Shown here: piece after piece, positions 7,201 to 14,900 of the stretch
Numbering within the stretch: position 1 is the stretch's first letter
How the letters are laid out: every line of letters begins with the position of its first letter
Source: a virus
DNA: 17,696 nucleotides
Strand: one strand, 5' to 3'
Virus record (IMG/VR): IMGVR_UViG_3300031521_000017
Made by a program: the position numbers and the translations under genes
The notes under the pieces: generated by a model
Told to the model about the DNA's origin: nothing
What the model saw: the letters and a program-made list of their open reading frames with translations, nothing else
The model's database searches: none

Positions 7201-8899
7201 AAGCATTAACAATGTTAACTCCAGACATTGCCCCATAAGTAACAAGAGAAGGACTTAATAAGGTTCCTCCTGAATAAAGGTTAATTCCATTATCTGGAAT
7301 TGCAGAATAATTACTTCCATCTGCATCCGCAGAAACAACATCTGACTCAGAAAGCAAATCAATTGTTATTGCACTATCTCCAGTCGCGCCTGTTTTGGAT
7401 TTAGCGATGCTATAATTAGTAGTGCGACTTATAGAAATACCATTAATAACGACAGTTGCCACAATAACAAAAGTCTCGCTATTAGAAGTCCAGACAGTAT
7501 TTTGAGAAAGGTTAATAGTTCCATTTGTATTAATGGAAAGCTTTAAACCATTCTGCGTAATCCCTCCAGAAGCCAAGGAAGGTGTGTAAGAAATCCCACT
7601 TGTTAATAAGCTACCTCCTTTATAAAGTTTAACAGCATTCCCGGAAGGTAATGTGGCAACCCCTCCATCTTTATCTGCAAAAGCGACATCAGCCTCAGAA
7701 ACTAAGTCAATAAGAACTGAATCATCACCTTTCTTAGATTTCGCGATAGTATAAACGGATCTATAAGTAGTGTTATTGATACTATATTTTGCCGCAAATA
7801 TAAAACTCGCAAAACTACTACTATTATTCCAAGTTCCAGAGAAAGTAACAGTCCCATCAATAGTTACACTTGCAGTAAGGCCATCTACTGTTAAAGTATT
7901 AACAATATTATTGCCAGACATAACCCCAAAAGTAATATTTGAAGAATCTATTAAAACTCCCCCACTATATAAACGAATCATATTACTAGGGATAGTAGAA
8001 TAATTACTACCATCGGCTTCCGCAAATACCACATCTGATTCAGAAAGTAAATCAATAGCAACTGCATCATTTCCTTTAATTAAAGACCAAGAGTATAAGT
8101 CTTTATTAGTTGAAGCCGCAGATTCTGTATCTACTAGGATTCCTAAATAATCTCCTGGATCTGTTCCATTGTTTCCAGTAAAAGCATGATTCACGGAATC
8201 ATTTGAATACTTAAAATGAATATAATGGGTTACACCATCCGCTCCCGGATATCCAATTCCATCTTCAGCAACTATCTTTACCGGTCCTTGCCAAGGGTTA
8301 TCCCCGACTCTTTGTCGAAGATAAATTGTGTCAGTCTGAAATTCTACTGTCCATCCCTGAGTTTCTGGATCCGCAGTCAAATTATCTCCAGTGTGAGAAT
8401 ATTCAACATCTAAAACAGCCTCTGGAACTTTAAACCAAGAGTAAGTATAATCACCTTCAGTACCATCTTGCTTAAAGATAAAAGAAATCCCAGTATCAGT
8501 ATTTCTAAAAATATCATTAAGGTGAGCAATCTTTTCCTCTTCTGAAGGCCAGTTAGACGCCGGCGCATTCTCTAAATCTGGATTATAAGTTCCAGACCAA
8601 GTTGAAATAAGACTATTTAAAACTGTGCCGGCAGTAGTCCCAATAATTACTTTTCTATTGGCAAAATCATTAGAAGGGACTAGCACATAAACTTGCGTTC
8701 CATTCTTATAGAAGATGGTACCAGGGTCAGGACAGAAACATGTGATAGAACTGTCTTGATACTGGACTTTATACTCTCCAGTGTTTGGATTGACGCAAGA
8801 AGATACTGTTCCCTGAATTGTCTTATCAAATTTTAATTCTGAAATTCGTTTGCGTACAATGATGTCAATTGCATCACATATATTCTTTTCAATAGTCAT
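4211..8899 (-). CDS. Large tail-tip structural protein (1562 aa) immediately downstream of the tape measure gene. It could be a Dit/Tal-position protein or a central fibre / host-specificity protein. It is beta-rich with four tandem ~115-aa Ig-like modules and a C-terminal lectin-like region.
   Basis: ATG at 8897-8899 with a perfect RBS AAGGAGG, 8 nt spacing. It is Gly/Thr/Ser/Asn-rich and beta-type throughout. It has an internal A-B-A-B module repeat. Being the gene directly after the tape measure gene is the conserved Dit/Tal position in siphophages. The exact family is not recognisable from the sequence alone. Confidence 0.85.
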   Translation of the reverse strand: MTIEKNICDAIDIIVRKRISELKFDKTIQGTVSSCVNPNTGEYKVQYQDSSITCFCPDPGTIFYKNGTQVYVLVPSNDFANRKVIIGTTAGTVLNSLISTWSGTYNPDLENAPASNWPSEEEKIAHLNDIFRNTDTGISFIFKQDGTEGDYTYSWFKVPEAVLDVEYSHTGDNLTADPETQGWTVEFQTDTIYLRQRVGDNPWQGPVKIVAEDGIGYPGADGVTHYIHFKYSNDSVNHAFTGNNGTDPGDYLGILVDTESAASTNKDLYSWSLIKGNDAVAIDLLSESDVVFAEADGSNYSTIPSNMIRLYSGGVLIDSSNITFGVMSGNNIVNTLTVDGLTASVTIDGTVTFSGTWNNSSSFASFIFAAKYSINNTTYRSVYTIAKSKKGDDSVLIDLVSEADVAFADKDGGVATLPSGNAVKLYKGGSLLTSGISYTPSLASGGITQNGLKLSINTNGTINLSQNTVWTSNSETFVIVATVVINGISISRTTNYSIAKSKTGATGDSAITIDLLSESDVVSADADGSNYSAIPDNGINLYSGGTLLSPSLVTYGAMSGVNIVNALTVSGLTATISTSGVVTFSGTWAAASSSVSFPFAASYNNVVYNATYTIAKSKKGDDTVLIDLISEADVVAADKDGGVTSLPSGNAVKIYKGGNLLTSGITYSPSLASEGITQHGLKLSVSTNGTINLSQNTVWTSNNEIFTITASVVINGVSKNYITSYSIAKSKTGATGANAIVGFLTNENTTLAADSAGNILNGDLTPANGIFRVFDGTLEKTSSGSPTTIYSKVSQSGCNMNISSTGVYTLTELTSNLAIVILQVIYGGVTIQKTVTISKAIAGINGIAKTLSLIGPQIFNFNTTGQIVGNTTITLSIIQSGLSSPSPNLANAYHWYYGLDGAAPTTAMSVGITDPIWTDSNPVTLTIGYQSPLGLWATTAKSITIKTVSIEDSSVSDVITLYKVQDGAKGNDAVIYDISPSVQTVVKSSTGFTPTQVLFSFFRTSGETRASYTGYYKTQYTTDGLNYLDIPSGSGFNSSKVITLSNTYKAIRCRLYTDSGFNTQVDYKTVLVVSDGTSVTGPTGNWIKTIYKLFPAGTTSVTIPDNTSPSPSGWLDKQPVQENSTDEVWVTRALILGDGNALVSPPWDTPWKQIMKADYVKAEIDMDTPVIHHGMEITDGAPPAGGGFWMGLKNYLYQFVIGNASKYLKWDGNLTIYGGDIIGGSITGASFFQTNPDTEDPLEGVALEYGGLRLKGMGGLLTGAINGFNIGSMSVFNISNNLGNSFLRFFHSSTNGQLRDEVTLQGNDGIILSSNNLNSNGSGNIELDSPRVRIPKASFTGTGCFGTDLISSLSDSVSPLYGEKGVITDKLIVYRDGMNLLGVDTGMVTLSPTSYDGAYQTVKLAIDKSIVVTGSATFEGYPAAVSLGMKTLTASLLSRSASLSDILSLSKITLNNNNGAFTPNRDGTVKISGLLRLDSLSLSDSTGWVDIYLRNSSISSDTDGQFFTTRIWHGPIANTTINCPIYCSIPVTSGVTYNFRCTLNAGETYDVLNNSILHYEFF
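6724..8107 (-). repeat. Tandem duplication inside the 1562-aa gene. A ~690-nt unit (two ~115-aa modules, A then B) is present twice with long identical DNA stretches. A and B are themselves more distantly related, which makes four modules in total.
   Basis: A run of at least 40 identical nt (gtccagacagtattttgagaaaggttaatagttccatttgt) occurs at 6801-6840 and at 7489-7528, 688 nt apart. The protein repeats such as YSIAKSKTGATGDSAITIDLLSESDVVSADADGSNYS...LYSGG and TINLSQNTVWTSN recur at a spacing of ~229 aa. Confidence 0.85.
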
Positions 8900-8917
8900 T
8901 TTACCTCCTTATTATAA

Positions 8918-8945
8918 AGAAGGGGATATTCTCATATCCCCTTCT
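8918..8945 (-). terminator. GC-containing hairpin: 12-bp perfect stem (agaaggggatat / atatccccttct) with a 4-nt loop, 8 nt downstream of the tape measure stop. On the minus strand it is followed by UUUAUAAUAAGGAGG, which is the RBS of the next gene. Candidate partial terminator, attenuator or RNA-stability element.
   Basis: Perfect inverted repeat read from the sequence. The U-tract after the stem on the minus strand is short (TTTAT), so at most it is a weak intrinsic terminator. Confidence 0.45.
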
Positions 8946-8952
8946 CTAGTCT

Positions 8953-11900
8953 CTATTTCTTTGTTGCGTGTTGCGCTGCAATATTAGGTAGATTGATTAA
9001 AGCATCCTGAATTTGTTTTGAATCTGTGACATTCGGGAAATTAGCTGTAATCTCGACCTTTTGCTCTAAGATACCTGTTGTTCCGATTGCTCCTCCTGAG
9101 TTGCCAGAAAGAGATGAAACCAAACTAGAAGCAGAGGCCATCGCTCCTGCCTTTAAGTTGTCAACAATAGATCTAACAATAGAAACCGCAGATAATAGAT
9201 TAACAGTATCTTTCTTGTTCAAAATAACCTCTTTATTATGAACAATAGCAAGCTTACCTCCACTATCTCCATCATCCCCAGTATACCCTCCAGATTCGAA
9301 ACCTGGAATGTGATAATAAGCAGGCCAACTTGACTTGGCTTTTCCTGGTCCTCTAACATTGGCTCCCTTGTACGGCGCCTCAAACCATTTGCCATCTATT
9401 TCAATGCCTGTATGATGCCCTGGGTTAAGACCTAAGGTAATTTTCTTACCACGGCCCTCAGAGAACAAGCCGGCTTCCGTGCGAGTAGTAAATCTACCAT
9501 AATTAAAACCAGCCTTTTTAAGCACCCAAGAGTCAAGACCTGAGCAGTCAAAGGCATCTGGACCGGCAGCTCCCCACTTGTAAGGCTTTCCAACTGCGGA
9601 ATAAGCAGCAGACAATGCCTTGGCTACTTGCTTATTGGCTTCTGGAGAAGTAGTGTCTCCATCATCCCCCTTTGTAGAGTCTGTAGGGGTAGGAACCGCA
9701 AAGTTTGGAATATCAAAAGTAGTTCCTGCTTTAGGAGTGTCCCCTGTGATAGCAGTTGTATCCACTCCGCTAGTTATCGCGGAATTAGGAACATTAGTGG
9801 TGCTGCCAGCTTCTGTAGCTTTCGTCTGAATTGAAGTCCCTACGATTTTACCTGAGGCCGCAATCACCTTCTGCATTGCTATTTCATAAGCGTTAAGTTG
9901 AGAAACTACATCTTGGATAGCAATAGATTCACTTTCCATAGTAGTAACTAGGTCTGAACCAGACTTAGACAAAGAAGTTGTCTGCTCTGTTGCGTCAATC
10001 AAAGCATCTGAAATATCGTCAAAATCGACATTCGCAGATGACTGAAGCTTGTCTATTGATCCTTGGTAGTTTGTAGATTCAGTTGTTAATTGTGTCCAAA
10101 GATCACTTGATACTGACTTAAATCCACCCTCTCCTTCAATAGAATCAATCATTCCCTGAAGAGATGAAGTCCATCTACTGTCTGAGGCCGCCATCGCCAC
10201 ATCTTTATTATCTAAGAAAGCTTTATACTCTTCTGAATCTTTACCATATAAACTAGCATATTGATCCATCGTGCTTTGAGCATAATTTTGCTTAGATGTT
10301 TCATTGATCTGGGTTTGCTTCTGCAATAAAGCGCCATACTGGGTATCAAGAGCAACTCGACTCGCTTGCTTTTCAGCTTCTGTGCTTGTCGTATCTAAAG
10401 CAATTTCTTTTGCTTTATCAGTATACTGCTTAAAAGTCTCTTGATAATTAGTTTGACTTTCCTCAAATGCTTTCTTATCTGAATCATATTGTGCCTTTTG
10501 AGCATCCGCCAAATCTTGGCGTGCTTTGGTTAATTGCTTTTGGTCTGCCGCATAAACATAAGAATAATTTCCTTGTGCATTTCTTTGTAGTTGCATTTTT
10601 GTCTTATTGTTTTGTGCATCTTCAAGAGCAATTCTCTTTAATTCAATATCATATGATTGATTTGCTCGATCTAAGTCTCTTTGTGTAAGTACGTCTTTTT
10701 CTCTTAATGCCTTCAATTGTGCATTCATTATGTCTGTTAATTGTTTTTGAGAACTTACATCTTTAGCATTATTGATATTCTCAACCATTTTACTTTGAAG
10801 TTGATTAATACTATAGCCGGCAGTCACAGTATCAAGATAAACTGCGGCATTCTTATTAATCATCGTCCACTCTTCAGAAACTTTCTCTAGTCCTGCACCA
10901 TTGGTGAGTTTATTAGCAAAAGTATCCAAAATTTGATTTATTGAATTAGTATATTTAGTAGTTAAATTATCCATTGAAGTTTCTACAAGAGAATCCAAAG
11001 ACTTCTGAGTATCTTCAACTTTTAGATTAAGAGTATCCCATAGATCTGGATTAGTAATCTTATTAATACTATCTCTAGTATTTGTAAGAACTTTAAGTTG
11101 ATTCTCTAAGAAAACTGCCTGAGCATTATTGTTAACTTCCTGAGCCTGATAAAAATCATCCATTTCTGAATAAGCTTTATCTCCATAGAGAAGTTTCATC
11201 AATGAAGACTGATGCTTTAGAGAACTATTAATATAGTCAAACTGACTACTGACCTCGCCAAAAGATTCCGCAGATTGAGATACCCAGTCAATAGTAGATT
11301 TCTTAACATCATCAATAAGAGTCTTATAAGAAGTTAATCCATCTTCTAATTGAGTTAATAGCGAATCCCGCATATCTGTGGCCGCACTCAAGTCATCTCC
11401 GAAGAGAGAACTATTCTTGCCATTTTGAATCTTTGTGACTTCTTCATTAACAGTGTTTAATTGAGCAGTAAGCTTATCAAGATTCGCATCCCCAACTGCA
11501 TTAAAATATGTAGACAGATCAGCGATAGATACGCCAAGTTTATTAATAGCTTTATCCATATCCAAATCATTAATAACAACAGCTCTAAATTCATTCCACT
11601 TTCTTTCTGCCTCTGCGAAATTGGTACTAACATCAATAGAAACAGAGAACTTCTGGATTGTTATTTCTGTCGCTTTTGCTTGGAAATCAGAAATCTTTTG
11701 AAGAGTATCTTTCATATCTGTTTGAGTTAATTGATCATAGTTAGAAATTTCATCTTTCAGTTTGGTTAAAGCATTCTCAGCAGCCTTTTCTTTCTTCTCT
11801 TCTGCTTTTTGTGCTTTTTCTGTTTTTAGTTTATTGTACCTATCAATTTCCACTTCAACTTTTTTCTCAGCTGCTTTAATTCTGGATTCATAATTGCTTA

Positions 11901-14900
11901 TGTTTCCTTCTTTATCAAACTTTAATCCTTCTTTAGCAAGAGATTTCTGTAATTGTTTTTCATTTAATTTTTGAAGTTCATATTTATCTTTTTCTGCTTT
12001 TACCTGTTTTGCAATTATATCTAGTTGCTTGTTAAGATTAGAAATTAATCCAGATCCAATTAACTTCTTTTGTGCTTCTGAGAGTTTATCAAAATTAACT
12101 ACAAGTTCTGCAATAGTTTTATTGATATTATAATAAGGATCAAATTCAGAAGCAATTTGTTCCATTTTATTAAGATTGGCTTTTGCTTTAGTTTTGCTTC
12201 CTGAACCCGAACCTGATTTAGCAGTGGAAGCAGAAGATGCTGAAGGAATATCAATTTTAACTGTTAGGGCAGCTGTTAAGGCTTTTATTCGATCTTGAGT
12301 AGAAGCTAAATCGGCAGCTGCTTTTGAATTAGAGGTATTGTTAACATAGTCGCGAGCATTTCCTCCCTGTTCGTAAGCAGTAAGAGCCGCTGCCGCTACT
12401 GCAGCATAAGCTCCTTGAAGTTTACCTAATTCAGATCTTAAAGCAGCGAGTTTAGCAATAGCGCCTTCATGTCCCTTTGATATAATTTTAGCAACCCATG
12501 AAGCATAACTTCCAAGATTTAGTTCTTCTAACCCAGTTTTAATAACTGCTGTCCGATAGGCTAGAATTGTCGCCTTAGATTTTGCTCTCGCTGCTTCTAA
12601 TTGCTTTTCCGCCAAAGCCGCTCTTTCGCTACTAGCTCCAGATTTCTTAATAACATCCTTTAAATTTGTTTCTGCGGCAATTACATCTGCTTTTGATTTT
12701 GCAACCTGTTCTTCTCTATTAGCATTGATTTCTAATAAATCTAATTGATCTTGTCGTATAGCATTACTGTTCTTATTTGTTTTATCCATTTTAAGAGTTG
12801 TTTGGATAGCCTTCTCTTGGGCATCTTTTAAAGCAAAAAAGAATTTAACTGAACTAGGATCCATTTTTGCTAAAGTTGGATTAATATCTTTGAGGGCTTT
12901 ATTCAAACCAACAGCGGTTAAACTTCCCTTAGCGAGAGAATCCGAAACAGTTTCATATGCAGCTGCTTCTGGAGTTGCTGCAATCCCCTCAGCTATAATT
13001 TTAATTTTCGCAGGGTTTTCTTTTGAAATTTTATCTTTAAATTTAGTAATATTTTCTAAAGTTTTAGGTTTATCCTCTTCTGGATACATAGAAATAATAG
13101 CATTAAACTGTTTATCCCCACCTAATTTTTGGACAAAACCTTCCACTTGTGATTGAGAAATACCCTTTCCCTTTTCAGTGAAGTTAGAAGTAAGATTCGC
13201 TTGATTTGCCTGAGAAGTCGCTAAAGTCGCATTTGCGTGACTTTGAAGAAGATAATCTCTCGCAGCTTTTTCTGCTTTCTCTGCAGGGACATTATTTCGT
13301 TTGCCATCAGGCCCAGTTTCCATTGCGTGTGCGAGTTTTGCAACTTCATTATTAAGTTCTTTCGTAGAAGCCAACATTTTATTAGAGTTCTCAAAATTAT
13401 ACATTTCCTTTTTAAGGTCAATAATATTTTGCATTTGAACTTCAGTAGCGGCATAAACTGCATCTAGTTTTGCAATATCCTCTGCTTCTTTTTTAACAGC
13501 AGGGTTTTCTGAACCTAAAGTATCTAAATCTTTTTTGTATTGAGCTTTTTTAGAAAGATACTCGGCATATAAATCTTCAGGAGCTCTTCTCATTCTGAAA
13601 CCATATACTCCACCCGTAGTGGGTTTGCTAGAATCTAAAACTCCCCTTGCTTGTTTAGAGTCTGCTGAATCAAGAGCAGAAGTTACTCCTGTAGAAGCCG
13701 CTTTTATAGAATCTTCAAGCTGTTTCTTTAAAGCTTTTGTCGCACTTACTCCGTACTCATCCCATCGTTGAGCATTGGCTGAAGTAATTGCTCCTTGGTC
13801 TTGTAAAGAATTATTTAATGCTTTAGAAGCATCTAATACAGCTTGATAAGTTCCAGTTCCTTCTTTATTGGCTGTTAAAGCAATTTGAAATTGGTCATAT
13901 AAATCTTTATTTTGAATATAAGCTTCTTTCGCAGCTGTGGCTGCCTTCATTGATTCTTCTCGCTGTTTCGCTTGAGCTTTTGCTACTCCAACCAGTCCCG
14001 CAACCATAGCGGCTAAAGCAGCTACAATAAGAGTAATACCAGCAGTCGCAGCCGCATTTGCAGCAGCCGCAGCAGTCGCAGCAGCCGCTTCTTCTGCCTG
14101 AGCGATAGCTAAAGTTTCTGTAGCAACAACCTCTCCACTGATCGCGGCAATGGCCTTGCCTCTTTCCGCGGTTGTCATTTCAGTGGCGATAAGTTCTTCC
14201 GCAGCCGTTTGAATTGTCAAGGCACTTTTTGCCTTTATAGCAACAATTTCTGCAGCTAAAGCAGTTTGTTTTGTAGCAAGCCCTGCTAATTGTTTGACTA
14301 AACCAAGATTTTGTAATGCCTCTCCACTTGCCACAACATTGTATAGCATTTGATATCCTGAAATAACACCAGGAATTATCATAGAAAGAGAGAATAAAGT
14401 TTGTCCTAATTGATCAGCAATGCTAGCATTTTTATCTTGCCAAATAGTTCCTAAATTAGAGACAGAACTAATAGCGAATCCCACTTGACCGATAGTCCCA
14501 GCTAATTCAGTAAACTTTTGAATTGACTGTTGAGTTTTAGCCGTACTTAATAATCTTTCTTGAGAGCCCTTCGTGGCAACTTCTACCGGAGCATTAGCGG
14601 ATTGACTGTCCCTAACTCTTTGCTGCTGAGCAACAATTTCTTGAGCTAAATCACTTCTTCTTTGGACTTCTATCCCTGCTTGAGATGCCATGAATGTAGT
14701 TTGTCCTAAAAATTTCCTTCCTTCATTCCCTTGGAAACTCTTAGCTGTCATTCCATTTAATTCAACCAATCGATCCTCTAAAGCTTTAACACTTATATTA
14801 GCATCTTTTCCATCTACAATAAGATTCTCTAAAGCTTTCTTGAGATTGTTGAAGCTTTTTGTATCTTTATCTCCACTTTCAACACTCTTATATAAATTTT

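Noticed and set aside
7770-8413. Plus-strand ORFs of 77 aa and 65 aa
   Set aside because: Embedded antisense in the 1562-aa gene's repeat region. Hydrophobic or low-complexity shadow ORFs without RBS.
9026-13467. Plus-strand ORFs of 65-89 aa (9026, 9620, 9628, 10467, 11461, 12890, 13237) and the minus-strand 80-aa ORF at 13221-13463
   Set aside because: All lie inside the 2660-aa tape measure ORF, either antisense or in an alternative frame. They are a consequence of the AT-rich, K/E/Q-rich tape measure codons. None has a credible RBS, and splitting the tape measure gene would be required to accommodate them.
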